Below are positions 1 to 11,521 of a stretch of DNA of 64,000 bases, piece by piece. The DNA comes from an uncultured candidate division Zixibacteria bacterium (GTDB lineage Bacteria; Zixibacteria; MSB-5A5; GN15; FEB-12). Position 1 is the stretch's first letter; the number at the start of each line of letters is the position of its first letter. The notes under the pieces are model-generated. The model had not been told where the DNA came from. It did not search any database and worked only from the letters and a program-made list of their open reading frames with translations. The translations under genes were made by a program, and so were the position numbers. Where the stretch lies: positions 384,001 through 448,000 of the forward strand of contig CAVTJJ010000006.1 of NCBI GenBank assembly GCA_963735035.1, written 5' to 3'.

Positions 1-1
1 T

Positions 2-1117
2 GATCTCGATCAGATCAATTTTCACCTGGCGCGACGACAGAAAGGGTATGGTCGGGGGGGACGTCAGCGGATCGAAAAAGATACCGCCAGAATCGTCTCC
101 GGAGTACGGCACGGCATCACCATGGGTGGGCCGATTACACTGGTGATCGAGAATCGCGACTGGGCCAACTGGGCGCCCGTCATGGATCCGATCAACCCGC
201 CGACCGAACCGCTCACTCCCAAGCAACAGAAACTGCTCAAGGATACTTCGCGACCTAGACCTGGCCACGCCGATCTGGCGGGGGGAATAAAGTACGGTCA
301 TCATGATCTTCGCAATGTGCTGGAGCGCGCCTCGGCTCGCGAGACTGCAGCCCGCGTAGCGGCTGGAGCCCTGGTCAGACAACTTTTGGAACGGTTTGAC
401 GTCCGGATCGTCTCCCACGTGGTGCGGATCGGCGAAGTAGCACTCAAAGCTGGATTCCCACGTCCGGAGCTTGAGCTGATCCAAAAGCTGTCCGAGAAAT
501 CTGACGTTCGCTGCATTGACACCAAAACCGGACAACGAATGAAGACCGCGATTCGTCAGGCCATGAAACAACGCGATTCGCTGGGCGGTGTGGCAGAGAT
601 TATCATCTCAGGACTCCCGGCCGGACTGGGGAGCTTCTCGCAATCGGCGGATCGGCTTGATGGCCGGCTCGCGGGTGCGCTGATGTCTATCCAGTCGGCC
701 AGGGCGGTAGAGATCGGTCTGGGTTTTGAGGCAGCGGCAAAGCATGGATCAGAAGTTCAGGATGAGATATTCTACGATCCCGCCGGCGACCCCGCTCGGA
801 AGCGGTTCTATCGCCAGACCAATAATGCCGGCGGCCTGGAAGGCGGTATCACGAACGGGGAAGACGTAATCGCCCGAGTGGCGGTCAAACCGATTTCCAC
901 TCTGATGCGTCCTCTATTGACGGTGGATGTACATACCAAAAAAACGGCCAGAGCGATGGTGGAGCGGACCGATGTCTGCGTTGTACCGGCGGTTGCTGTC
1001 GTCGCCGAAGCCGCGGCGACGATGGTTTTCGCTGACGCCTTTCTTCACAAATTTGGCTCGGATAATCTCAACGAAATCGAGCGGAATTACCAGGCCTACC
1101 TCAAGGACGAATACTAA
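2..1117 (+). CDS. aroC: chorismate synthase (5' truncated by the window edge)
   Basis: Frame is open from position 2 (RRQKGYGRGGR); motifs RPGHADL, RASARETAARVA, NNAGGLEGG, KPISTL. Confidence 0.97.
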   Translation, partial: DLDQINFHLARRQKGYGRGGRQRIEKDTARIVSGVRHGITMGGPITLVIENRDWANWAPVMDPINPPTEPLTPKQQKLLKDTSRPRPGHADLAGGIKYGHHDLRNVLERASARETAARVAAGALVRQLLERFDVRIVSHVVRIGEVALKAGFPRPELELIQKLSEKSDVRCIDTKTGQRMKTAIRQAMKQRDSLGGVAEIIISGLPAGLGSFSQSADRLDGRLAGALMSIQSARAVEIGLGFEAAAKHGSEVQDEIFYDPAGDPARKRFYRQTNNAGGLEGGITNGEDVIARVAVKPISTLMRPLLTVDVHTKKTARAMVERTDVCVVPAVAVVAEAAATMVFADAFLHKFGSDNLNEIERNYQAYLKDEY

Positions 1118-1210
1118 AGTTTCGCCTTCTTGCGTCGCTGTTCTACTCCATATTTAAGTTGCCTCTGGAACGGTCTTCGCCTAGACTGCGGCTATTGAAA
1201 GGAGACTCGC

Positions 1211-2701
1211 ATGCAATACTCATTCAGCTACGACAAGCCATCTGATCTGAAAGAAGACGTGGTGGTTTGTTTTGTCCCTGAAATCAAAGAAGCCAGTGGC
1301 CCCTACTTGAAAATTCTCGATAATGCGTCCGGAGGACTGCTTTCTCGATCCGCAACCGCCCAGGAATTCAACGGCAAGTCAGGCGAGTTCATCTCTTTCA
1401 CCAATCCCAAAGATTGGAAAACACGACGACTGGTCTTGGCCGGTATAGGTGATTCCAAGAAGCTCAATGCTGATGTCTTTCGTCGGGTGTTAGGCGATCT
1501 CTCGCGGCAGAAGGTCGTGACCCAGTCAAAATCCGTGGCCTTGCATTTTGGCAGCTATGGCGACGATTCATTCTTTCAGGCGGCAGTCGAAGGGTATCTC
1601 CTCGGATCATACAAGCAACGCGAGTATAAGACAGGTGACGCCGCTCAGGACAAGAGCCGACTATCGCACTTGAGATTCTCGGTCAGTCGTGCAGCGTGGA
1701 TCAAGAAGGCCCAGCGGGCGGTCGAGCGCGGGACTATCATTGCCGAAGGTCAATTGCTCGTCAGGGACCTTGTCCAGACTCCGGCGGGGGACCTGACCCC
1801 GAAGATATATGCTGCAAAGGCTCAGCAATTGACGCGCAAACATAAGATCTCCTGCCATATCCTCGATGAGAAAGCGATCACTCAGGAGAAGATGGGGGCG
1901 CTTTTGGGCGTGGCCCGAGGTTCGGAAGAACCGCCCCGTTTCATGATTCTCGAATACAAGGGTGTCGTGGGACAGAAGCCTGTGGTGCTGGTAGGCAAAG
2001 GGGTCACGTTCGATTCGGGCGGCATCTCGCTGAAGCCGGGTCAGGATATGCACGAGATGAAAGGTGATATGGCCGGCTCGGCCGTTGTGCTGGCTACTCT
2101 GATTACAGCGGCCCGCCTCAAGCTGCGTATTCATCTCGTAGCGTTGATGCCCCTTACCGAGAACATGCCCTCGGGGCATGCCACTCGTCCCGGCGATATC
2201 CTCGTCTCGCGGAAGGGCAAGACCATCGAGGTGATAAATACCGACGCCGAAGGTCGCCTCATTCTGGCCGATGCCCTCGATTACGCCAACAAATTCAAGC
2301 CTCAAGTGGTAATCGACATCGCGACTCTTACCGGCGCGGCGCTGTATGTCCTGGGGTTTGCCGGGGCGCCTATCATGGGCAACAATAAGAAATTGCTGGA
2401 TCGAATCAGCGCCGCTGCCGACGTCACAGCCGAAAAAGTCTGGCCGTTGCCGATCTGGGACGAACATCGCGACCAGATGAAATCGAGCATAGCCGATCTG
2501 GTGAACTCAGGAGGACGTCCGGCCGGTACCATCGCCGGGGCGGCATTCCTCGAGAACTTCATAGGCGACTGGCCTTGGGCACATATTGACATCGCCTACT
2601 GCGATGTCGAGCACGGCGGGAAACCGTACGTACCTAAAGGGGCGACCGGATTCGGCCTACGGCTTCTTATCGAAGTCATTTCCAACTGGAAGAAATTGTA
2701 A
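1211..2701 (+). CDS. pepA: leucyl aminopeptidase (M17)
   Basis: VGKGVTFDSGG, MKGDMAG, NTDAEGRL and HIDIA motifs; AGGAG RBS. Confidence 0.96.
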   Translation: MQYSFSYDKPSDLKEDVVVCFVPEIKEASGPYLKILDNASGGLLSRSATAQEFNGKSGEFISFTNPKDWKTRRLVLAGIGDSKKLNADVFRRVLGDLSRQKVVTQSKSVALHFGSYGDDSFFQAAVEGYLLGSYKQREYKTGDAAQDKSRLSHLRFSVSRAAWIKKAQRAVERGTIIAEGQLLVRDLVQTPAGDLTPKIYAAKAQQLTRKHKISCHILDEKAITQEKMGALLGVARGSEEPPRFMILEYKGVVGQKPVVLVGKGVTFDSGGISLKPGQDMHEMKGDMAGSAVVLATLITAARLKLRIHLVALMPLTENMPSGHATRPGDILVSRKGKTIEVINTDAEGRLILADALDYANKFKPQVVIDIATLTGAALYVLGFAGAPIMGNNKKLLDRISAAADVTAEKVWPLPIWDEHRDQMKSSIADLVNSGGRPAGTIAGAAFLENFIGDWPWAHIDIAYCDVEHGGKPYVPKGATGFGLRLLIEVISNWKKL

Positions 2702-2724
2702 CGGCATAGACGCCTGGCTACGCA

Positions 2725-2766
2725 ACAAAGAGGGCCGGATCTTGATGATCCGGCCCTTTGCTTTTG
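2725..2766. terminator. probable bidirectional intrinsic terminator
   Basis: Hairpin AGGGCCGGATC-ttgat-GATCCGGCCCT with A-rich and T-rich flanks, between convergent genes. Confidence 0.8.
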
Positions 2767-2789
2767 CGCTTGGAAGTAAATTACAGATG

Positions 2790-3818
2790 CTATTTGGACC
2801 AGGCGGGAGCGGAGTCCTGACCGGGACCGGTCAGCTTGCGCGCACCGTTGCCGGTGATATCACAAATCCAGATCGAACCGTCCCGCGTGGCAAAAGTAAG
2901 CCACTTTGAATCGGGAGAGAACGACGGCGCTATGGCGTAGAGTCCGGTCGCCGGTGGCGGAGTATAAACCAGAAATCTCTCGGACAAATCAGCGGATACG
3001 ATATACAAACCCGGTTCGGACATCTTGTTGTTTACGCAGGCGATCCACTTGCCATCGGGTGACCAGGCCGGAGCCACGAGGTCAGCCATTTTCATCGACA
3101 GCTTTCCGACCTCGCCCAGACCGAGCATGAAATCGTTCTTGGGTAGTTTCACCAGACCCTGCTGGCGGAACCCACCCTCGGATGTCTTGACCATGTGCAC
3201 GAAGACAATCTCGCCGGCGGCATTCATAGTCGGCGAAATAAAGAACTCGGACATGTTCTGCCAGTCACGGCGCAGCAAATCTTCCGTACCGCCCTCAGCC
3301 GGGGTCATGACACAGACCTGGTAATTCGGAAGGAAGGCATTTACGAAATTGGCGTTCATGTCCTTGTAGTAGATGATCGACTGACCGTCGGCGCTCCACT
3401 CCGGATCGCGCGAACCCACTCCGTCGGTGATGCGATACCAGAAATTGCTATTACCCGCTGCGGCCGAATCGACATAGGCGATAAAGATGTCGTACACTTT
3501 GTGGTTTCCGCCCAGATTGTCCGGACCCTGCAGCGTAACACGGCCGGAACGGGTGAAGGCAATACGCTTGCCATCGGGAGCCCAGCTTACCCGACCATCG
3601 GCGTTTCCGGCTTCACAGACTTTAGTTTGCTGTCCGCCGGAGGCGTCCATCATCCAGACGTTCTTGTCACGAATGAAAGCAATCTTACCGGTCGGGGCGC
3701 CGATCTGACCGGCCCTTGCGGGGGGAAGTTTATCGACGGCAAGAAGGGTTGTAGCTGCCGGTAGCAGCAGGAACAGAGCAGTCGCCATGCAGGCGGTCAA
3801 GAACGTTTTTTTCGTCAC
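2790..3818 (-). CDS. secreted TolB-like PD40/WD40-like beta-propeller protein
   Basis: Signal peptide; repeated SWAPDGKRIAF, PEWSADG, PAWSPDGKWI, PSFSPDSKWL; probable GTG start at 3818. Confidence 0.85.
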   Translation of the reverse strand: MTKKTFLTACMATALFLLLPAATTLLAVDKLPPARAGQIGAPTGKIAFIRDKNVWMMDASGGQQTKVCEAGNADGRVSWAPDGKRIAFTRSGRVTLQGPDNLGGNHKVYDIFIAYVDSAAAGNSNFWYRITDGVGSRDPEWSADGQSIIYYKDMNANFVNAFLPNYQVCVMTPAEGGTEDLLRRDWQNMSEFFISPTMNAAGEIVFVHMVKTSEGGFRQQGLVKLPKNDFMLGLGEVGKLSMKMADLVAPAWSPDGKWIACVNNKMSEPGLYIVSADLSERFLVYTPPPATGLYAIAPSFSPDSKWLTFATRDGSIWICDITGNGARKLTGPGQDSAPAWSK

Positions 3819-3911
3819 CTGATTTCTCCAGAATCGAGTTATGTCCGGTCCAAGATACACCCGGGGAGACCTCTGTCAATCGGCGAGCACTCTCCCTGAG
3901 CTTTTTTCCGG

Positions 3912-4760
3912 CTACCAGTTGAAAAAGCGCTTCAGCTCGACCTTGGCGCGGATGCCCGAAAGAGCCAAGTCCACGCGTCCCTTTGCGGTGCCGTCGATGC
4001 TGGCGACAATCTCATCACCGTTCGTATTATACCAGGCGACGTTGCCGAAGTTCAGGTAAAGGTAGCCCGCGTCGGCCGCGAGACCCAGGTCCCAAATACC
4101 GATCGGATAATCCGCGCCAACTCCGAACGAGAATCCCGGGGCCGTCCCCTTGAAGCTGGTATTGGTGCCGACCGGCGCTCCGGTGGAGAGATTCAGGTTT
4201 TCATACTCCGGCCAGAGGTCCCACGTGGCGGTGTAGTAGCCCACCGAGCCGCCGAGGCGAACCGCGTACTTGGATAATCCCTGACCCGCGACAGGCGGAT
4301 TGAAAACATAGTACTGGAATGACGAAGTCAGGCCAAATACTTTCAATTCGCTCTTGGGATCCGACGCCACTGTGGTGCCGGTGGACAACTGCAAGTAGGT
4401 GTCGTTCGCAGGCAGGGTCTGGCCCTGCTTGAGCCAGTATTCGCCGCCGATAGACCAGGCGAACCGCTTGTGGAAGACCATCCCGAAGTCGGCTCCGAGA
4501 GATATTCCCCGGTAAATACCCGCGAAAGAGTTGTTTCCAAGCTTCGCGCTTTCGACGACGGCGAAGTCATTGTAGTCGTTGTGACGGTTGATTCGATCGA
4601 CGCTGCAATTGAACGACGCCCATCCGAGTCTCGAAGTCTGTTTCGCCACGGTCTTATTGAGATACCGGTTGACGATTTCCTGTTCCGTTTCGGCGGTGGC
4701 CAAACCGACCAGCATCACCAGCGACGTGAACAAGGCGATAAGTGTAAATCTGAGGCGCAT
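3912..4760 (-). CDS. putative outer-membrane beta-barrel protein
   Basis: AGGAGG RBS before ATG at 4760; signal peptide; alternating aromatic/Gly strands; aromatic C-terminus (KRFFNW). Confidence 0.65.
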   Translation of the reverse strand: MRLRFTLIALFTSLVMLVGLATAETEQEIVNRYLNKTVAKQTSRLGWASFNCSVDRINRHNDYNDFAVVESAKLGNNSFAGIYRGISLGADFGMVFHKRFAWSIGGEYWLKQGQTLPANDTYLQLSTGTTVASDPKSELKVFGLTSSFQYYVFNPPVAGQGLSKYAVRLGGSVGYYTATWDLWPEYENLNLSTGAPVGTNTSFKGTAPGFSFGVGADYPIGIWDLGLAADAGYLYLNFGNVAWYNTNGDEIVASIDGTAKGRVDLALSGIRAKVELKRFFNW

Positions 4761-4861
4761 TTTACCTCCTAAAGCGCTAAAGTCTCCGTTCCTGAGATTT
4801 ATCGGTAGCCGACGGAGGAATCTTGACGAACTCTTGAGAAAGCCTGCCCTAGGCCCAGTAA

Positions 4862-4896
4862 TAAAACGAGGCGGGCGCTTGCGCACCCGCCTCGTT
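4862..4896 (-). terminator. intrinsic terminator after PFOR
   Basis: Hairpin AACGAGGCGGG...CCCGCCTCGTT followed by T residues on the minus strand. Confidence 0.75.
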
Positions 4897-4917
4897 CATC
4901 GAAAGTCATTGTTGGGC

Positions 4918-7900
4918 TTAGCTTTGAGTCGGTCCGTACTTCATGGCCGCCATCTGGCTGTAAAAATTCCAGCGGCGATCACAGTCCTGCTGCCCGAGAG
5001 CTACGAGCCGCTCGGCCCGCTCTTTGTCCTTGGCCAGCAAGGTCCGGAACCGGTTCTCGGCAAAAGCATATTCGCGGAACGGAATCGACGGCGCTTTGCA
5101 GTCGAGCTTCAAAGGATTCTCGCCCTTTTCCAGAAGCACCGGATTATAGCGATACAGCAGCCAGTGGCCGCTCTTGACCGCGATATCCTCACGACCCATG
5201 CCTAAGGCCATGTCGATACCGTGGGCGATACAGTGAGAATAAGCGATGATGATCGACGGGCCATCGTACTGTTCGGCCTCGACCATCGCCTTGACCGTCT
5301 GATTATGGCTGGAGCCCATGGCCACCTGAGCTACATAGACGTTGCCATAGGACATCATCATCATGCCCAGGTCCTTTTTCGGCATCGGCTTGCCGGCCGC
5401 AGCGAACAAAGCGGTGGCGCCGCGCGGAGTGGATTTGGACATCTGACCGCCGGTGTTGGAATACACTTCGGTGTCGAGCACCAGGACGTTGACGTTCTTG
5501 CCGGAGGCCATGACATGATCCAGACCGCCGTAGCCGATGTCATACGCCCAGCCATCGCCGCCGATAACCCAGACCGATTTCTTGACCAGGGAGTCGGCGA
5601 TTGATTTCAGGGTGCGCACCTTCTCGCTGCCGTTGAGTGAAACCAGTCGTTGCTTGAGAGCTTCAACCCGCTTACGCTGTTCCACTACGCCCGCCTGAGT
5701 CTTCTGATCGGCCTTCAGAATACCTTCATACAAATCCGGCACCAATTCTCTGGTGAGTTCAAGCGCGAACTCGTTGAGTTTGTCGGCCGTTAGTCTCATT
5801 CCGAAACCGAACTCAGCGTTGTCTTCGAAAAGCGAGTTGGACCAGGCCGGGCCGCGTCCGTCGGCATTCTGCGCATACGGCGTGGTCGGGAGATTGCCGC
5901 CGTAGATCGAACTGCATCCGGTGGCGTTGGCGCACAGGGCGCGATCACCGAACAACTGGGTCATCAACTTGATGTACGGTGTCTCGCCGCAACCCGAGCA
6001 AGCGCCGGAGAATTCGAACAACGGCTTGACGAACTGCGAGCCTTTGACGGTCTCGATGTTGATCAAGGCCTGATCGGTTTCCGGCAGCTTGTTAAGGAAG
6101 TAATCCCAGTTGACCGCTTCGGTCTTTCTCAGAGGCGCTTGCAACGACATGTTGATCGCCTTGCGCTCGGTCTTGTTGCCCTCGGCGTCCTTGGCGTAGG
6201 CCGGACAGGCATTCACGCAAAGTTCACATCCGGTGCAATCTTCGGGAGCGACCTGAAGTACATAGTACTTGCCCTTGAGAGGTTTGAGAGCCTCGACATA
6301 CTTGAACGTCGCCGGAGCGCCGGACAGATCTTCCTTTTCGACAATCTTCGGACGAATGGCGGCGTGCGGGCAGACGATCGAGCAGATGTTGCACTGGATA
6401 CAAACGTCCGGCTCCCAGACCGGAATGTCCACCGCGATGTTTCGCTTTTCGTACTGCGTCGTCGCCGTCATGTAGGTGCCGTCATCGGGGAACACCGACA
6501 CAGGGAGCTGATCGCCGCGTCCCGCGATGATTTCAGCCGTGACATTCTTGACGAAGTCCGGCGCGGAATCCGGCACGATCGGCGGACGTCGTTTGGTCGA
6601 AGTCACCCTGCTCGGAATATTGATCTCCCGCAGTCCTCTTCCCGGCGGCGTCGACCGCGGCGTAGTTCATCTTGACGACTTTCTCGCCCTTGTCGCCGTA
6701 AGTCTCATCGATCATGTGCTTGATCGCCTCGATCGCCTTTTCCTTCGGCAGAATGCCGGAGATGAGGAAGAAGGCGGTCTGCATGATCATGTTGATGCGG
6801 GCGCCCAGTCCGAGCTGTTTGCCCAGAGCGATGGCGTCGATCACATAGAACTTGGCTTTCTTGGCGATCAATTGCTCCTGGACTTCCACCGGAAGAGTAT
6901 CCCAGACTTTGTCCGGTTCGGTCATGCTGTTGAGCAGGAAGGTGCCGCCGGGGCAGAGCTTCTCGACCATATCGTATTTCTCGAGGAATGATTCGTTGTG
7001 GCAGGCCACGAACTGAGCCGACTTGATCAGGTACGGCTTGCGAATCTCCTTCTTGCCGAAGCGAACGTGCGATACGGTCACCGCGCCCGCTTTCTTGGAA
7101 TCGTACACGAAATAGCCCTGGGCGTAATTGTCGGTGTACTCGCCGATGATTTTGATCGAGTTCTTGTTGGCGCCGACGGTGCCGTCGGAACCGAGGCCGA
7201 AGAAAAGGCCGCGGAAGTCATTCCCTTCGAGATCAATCGAAGGATCCATCGAAAGCGAAGTGTGCGTTACATCGTCGACGATACCGACCGTGAAATGGCT
7301 CTTGGGAGTCTTCTCCTTCAGATTATCGAAAATGCCCTTGACCATCGAGGGATTGAACTCACTCGAACCGAGACCGTACCGCCCGCCTATAATCAGCGGC
7401 CGCTGAGCATACTTGACCCAGCCGTTATCCATGGCTTCGTTCAGAGCGGCCTGGACGTCGGTATACATCGGCTCGCCGACCGATCCAGCTTCCTTGGTGC
7501 GATCCAGGACGGCGATCCGCTTGACCGTCGCCGGCAGGGCCCGGGCAAACGCCTCAGCCGAGAACGGCCGATACAGGCGGACCTTGATCATCCCGACTTT
7601 CTCGCCGCGAGCAACCAGCCAATCGACCACTTCGTGAGTAGTCTCGGCTCCGCTGCCCATGATGACTACGACATTCTCCGCCTGCGGATGGCCGACGTAG
7701 TCGAACAGATGATAATGACGGCCAACGATCTTGGCGAACTTGTCCATCTCTTCCTGGACGATTTCCGGCGCGGCCAGATAGTACTTGTTGATCGTCTCAC
7801 GGTGCTGGAAGAAGACGTCGGGGTTCTGTGACGTGCCTTTGATCGTCGGACGATCGGGGGAGAGGGCCCGCAGTCGGTGGCTCTCGACCAGCTCTTGGGG

Positions 7901-8536
7901 CAACATCGCCCGCATATCATCGAAAGTGATCTCTTCGATCTTGGCAACTTCGTGCGACGTGCGGAAACCGTCAAAGTAATGCACGAACGGTACCCGGCTT
8001 CGCAATGAGGCGGCCTGTGTGATCAGGGCCATGTCCATGATGTTCTGCACCGAACCGGAGGCCATCAGGCCAAAGCCGGTGGAGCGGGTAGCCATGACGT
8101 CGGAATGATCGCCGAAAATCGAAAGGGCGTGGCTCGCCAGCGCCCGGGCCGAAACGTGAAACACGGTCGGCGTCATTTCGCCGGCGATCTTGTACATATT
8201 CGGAATCATCAGGAGAAGACCCTGCGAAGCCGTGAACGTCGTCGTCAGGCAACCGGTAGTCAGGGCCCCGTGGACGGCGCCCGAGGCGCCCCCTTCGGAC
8301 TGCATTTCCACTACCGTGGGGACGGTCCCCCAGATATTCTTCTCACCGCGCGCCGACTTGACATCGGATTTCTCACCCATGTCCGACGACGGGGTGATAG
8401 GGTAGATGGCGATAACTTCGTTGGTAGCATGCGCCACATGCGCCGCCGCTGTATTGCCGTCTATCGTGACCATCCGACGCTTGCCCGTTGATTTGAGCGT
8501 CTTGTCTGCGACTTTTTCAAGCGTCTGTTCTGTCAT
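4918..8536 (-). CDS. nifJ: pyruvate:ferredoxin (flavodoxin) oxidoreductase; one frameshift near 6640
   Basis: YPITPSS and GLGSDGTVG in ORF 6533-8536; two CxxCxxCxxxCP motifs, FEFSGACSGCGET and GGDGWAYDIG in ORF 4918-6606; the halves join by a 1-base indel. Confidence 0.95.
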
Positions 8537-8577
8537 AACTATTCTCCAATTAATCTTATACGTAGCTACTAGTAGGT

Positions 8578-9144
8578 TTATCGGACGTCCTTGTCATTCG
8601 TTGACAAGGTGATTTCTTTCTGAGCCTGATACTTGCCCTTCTTGTCACGGTACGAAACCTGACAGATTTCCGTGGCTTCGAGAAACAACAACTGGGCGAT
8701 TCCTTCTTTGGCATAGACCCGCACCGGTCTCGGACCGGTGTTAGACAACGAAAGTGTGGCAAAGCCTTCCCATTCCGGCTCGAAGGGAGTGACATTGACT
8801 ACAACGCCGCAGCGCGCATAGGTGGACTTGCCGGTACATACAGTGATGACGTCTCGCGGTATCCGGAAATACTCGAGGCTGCGCGCCAGAATGAAACTAT
8901 TAGCAGGTATCAACAATGATTCTGCCCGGCAGTCAACAAACAGGTCGGGGGAGGCTTTCTTCGGGTCGAGTTCGACGATGCGACTGAGATCGGGAACCTT
9001 GAATTCGTCGGCCAATCGGAAATCATATCCGTAGGCCGACACACCGAAACTTATGCCGCCTCTAACCTGGTCGGCTTCAAAAGGTTCGATCATCTGATGG
9101 CTGGAGGCCATCTCTTTTATCCAGCGGTCTGACTTTACGCCCAT
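8578..9144 (-). CDS. dcd: dCTP deaminase
   Basis: GKSTYARCG, NVTPFEPEWEG, EGIAQLLF, YRDKKGKYQ. Confidence 0.95.
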   Translation of the reverse strand: MGVKSDRWIKEMASSHQMIEPFEADQVRGGISFGVSAYGYDFRLADEFKVPDLSRIVELDPKKASPDLFVDCRAESLLIPANSFILARSLEYFRIPRDVITVCTGKSTYARCGVVVNVTPFEPEWEGFATLSLSNTGPRPVRVYAKEGIAQLLFLEATEICQVSYRDKKGKYQAQKEITLSTNDKDVR

Positions 9145-9227
9145 GGGTACGACTCGGTCCTGCTTTCCATTCGAGGCCGAGACTATAACTCAAGTCGTCT
9201 CAAAAGTAAACCGCTGTTGTGGCCCGA

Positions 9228-9674
9228 TCACGCCGTCAACACCTTGAGTGGTGGGGTCTCGGTTTTCTGCCATCGAATCAGATCGGCGAGGGTGTACTCC
9301 TCGAAAACCGAGAGCAACCTTCTTTCGGCCAGTACGAGAACTTCACGGATGGCGCAGAATTCATCCGGATCCTTCAGGCAGGCCCGCTTATCTTCAATAC
9401 AGCGCATCAGGTGATAAGGTCCCTGAATAATTTCGAGGACTTCTTTTACCGTAATCTCAGCCGGATCTTTCGCCAGCGAAAATCCACCGCGCACACCCCG
9501 GTGAGACCGGATTAGTCCGCTTTTGGAAAGCGATTGGAAAATCTTGGCCAGAAACTTTTCAGGGATATCTTTGGCCTCTGAAATCTCGGATAGAGGCACA
9601 ACTTTGGATCGGTCGGCCTCCGCCAGGTAAAGTACGCCAAACATGCCGTACTCTTCGGCCTTAGTGAATTGCAT
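9228..9674 (-). CDS. Rrf2 family transcriptional regulator with three Cys (Fe-S type)
   Basis: FLAKIFQSL..SGLIRSHRGVRGGF wHTH; C-x6-C-x7-C. Confidence 0.93.
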   Translation of the reverse strand: MQFTKAEEYGMFGVLYLAEADRSKVVPLSEISEAKDIPEKFLAKIFQSLSKSGLIRSHRGVRGGFSLAKDPAEITVKEVLEIIQGPYHLMRCIEDKRACLKDPDEFCAIREVLVLAERRLLSVFEEYTLADLIRWQKTETPPLKVLTA

Positions 9675-9924
9675 ATCAGCCTTTCTTCAAAGCACCGTCG
9701 GCCAACTCAATTTTGGCCGCCAACTGCCAAACGGCGTCGCGTCCGTCTTGATTTCAAGATAGGATAATAGAGACCCAAGTCAATGGTTTTGTTTGTTATT
9801 TTTTTCTCAAAGTCCCAACTTCTTTTTGTTATAGTCTATAACGTTAGCTCTCGTAGAATTACCAACAATCCCCTTTTCTTTCGCTTCGGCATTGCCTATT
9901 TTGGAGGATTGAGAAAGGTCAAAA

Positions 9925-10473
9925 ATGACGGTAACCAAAGACGAATTAAAAGGTTTGTTAATCGTCTATACCGGAAACGGTAAAGGCAAGACCACCGCCG
10001 CTCTCGGTATGTGTATACGGGCCATCGGCTACGGATGGAAGGTCTGTGTCATCCAATTCGTCAAAGGGAGCTGGAAATACGGCGAATTGGAAGGTATCAA
10101 GCGGTTGGCGCCGGAAGTGGAACTTCGGGTGGTCGGGGAAGGCTTCGTGGGTATAATCGACGATCAAAAGGATTTCGAAGTTCACTGCAAGGCCGCCCGC
10201 GACGGCCTCGAAGAGGCGGGCAAAATCCTCACTTCAGGCAAATTCCCTTTGGTAATTCTCGACGAGCTCAACGTAGCGCTGGATCTCGGCCTGGTAACGC
10301 CGGAAGCTGTCCGCGAGCTCCTGGCGCTTAAGAGCGACCGCCAGCATCTGGTTATAACCGGACGAGGCGCTCCGGATTGGCTGATCGAGATGGCCGACCT
10401 TGTAACAGAAATGCGGGAGATCAAACATCCGTATCAGAAAGGTATCCTCGCCCAGAAAGGCGTTGACTGGTAG
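9925..10473 (+). CDS. cobO: cob(I)alamin adenosyltransferase (CobO/BtuR)
   Basis: YTGNGKGKTTAALG, QFVKG, ILDEL, ITGR, KHPY. Confidence 0.95.
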   Translation: MTVTKDELKGLLIVYTGNGKGKTTAALGMCIRAIGYGWKVCVIQFVKGSWKYGELEGIKRLAPEVELRVVGEGFVGIIDDQKDFEVHCKAARDGLEEAGKILTSGKFPLVILDELNVALDLGLVTPEAVRELLALKSDRQHLVITGRGAPDWLIEMADLVTEMREIKHPYQKGILAQKGVDW

Positions 10474-10570
10474 AGCTTGTGTAAGGTAGCTTCCACAGAA
10501 CTGTTCGTCGGTACGGACGTTGACTACTGTGAGAAGTTGGACCCTGACCTTGATTCCCAGGAAGAACTAA

Positions 10571-11521
10571 ATGGCTGAAAAGCAATATGACATTGTGATA
10601 GTCGGAGCCGGACCCGGCGGTCTGTGTGCCGGTCTTTATGCCGCCAGAGCCAGACGCAAAACGATCTGTCTCGAAATGGGCCTTCCGGGCGGCCAAATTG
10701 CCAATACCGCCGAAGTGGAAGATTACCTCGGATTCGAACATATATCCGGCGCCGAACTTTCGATGAAATTCGCGGCCCACGCCCAAAGCTTCGGACTTGA
10801 AATCGCCTCTGATCAGGTCGAAGAAATCTACACTGAAGGCGATGACCGTCTGGCCCGATGCGCCTCGGGTGCCGTCTATCGCGCCCGGGCGATTATCATG
10901 TCCACGGGCGGCTCACCGGTCAAGCTCGGGGTCCCCGGAGAACTAGAATATGCCGGGCGAGGGGTTTCCTATTGTGCGATTTGCGACGGGGCCTTCTTCC
11001 GCGATAAGATTATCGCCGTGGTCGGCGGGGGCGACGTAGCGGTAGAGGAAGGGACGTTCCTTACCAAGTTCGGAAGTAAAGTCTACATCATTCATCGGCG
11101 TGACCAGTTGCGGGCCGCGAAGATCATTCAGCAGCGCGCTTATTCCAACTCCAAGATCGAGTTCATTTGGGATACTGTTGTTGAATCGGTCAACGGTGAT
11201 GGCCGGGTGGTGTCGGGTCTCAGCCTCAAGAACATCAAGACCGGCGCCCAATCAAAGCTGCCGGTCAACGCGGTCTTTCCGTTCATAGGTTTTCATCCCA
11301 ACTCGAACCTGGTTCGGGGTGGTCTGAAATGTGACGAGGGGGGATATATCATCACCGATTACAAAATGGAAACCTCGGTGCCAGGTGTGTTCGCCTGCGG
11401 GGATGTCCGTTCGCAGCTGGTTCGCCAGATTACCAATGCGGTCGGCGATGGTACTACCGCGGCCGTGGCCGCGGAGAAATATCTGGAGAAGCTCGAAGAT
11501 AAGGCTGCGCGGCGCACCTGA
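10571..11521 (+). CDS. trxB: thioredoxin-disulfide reductase
   Basis: GAGPGG, GRGVSYCAICDG, VGGGD, ACGD. Confidence 0.96.
   Translation: MAEKQYDIVIVGAGPGGLCAGLYAARARRKTICLEMGLPGGQIANTAEVEDYLGFEHISGAELSMKFAAHAQSFGLEIASDQVEEIYTEGDDRLARCASGAVYRARAIIMSTGGSPVKLGVPGELEYAGRGVSYCAICDGAFFRDKIIAVVGGGDVAVEEGTFLTKFGSKVYIIHRRDQLRAAKIIQQRAYSNSKIEFIWDTVVESVNGDGRVVSGLSLKNIKTGAQSKLPVNAVFPFIGFHPNSNLVRGGLKCDEGGYIITDYKMETSVPGVFACGDVRSQLVRQITNAVGDGTTAAVAAEKYLEKLEDKAARRT

Noticed and set aside
4918..8536. Two-subunit PFOR or pseudogene
   Set aside because: A single indel restores a continuous NifJ-type protein, matching the window-wide indel pattern
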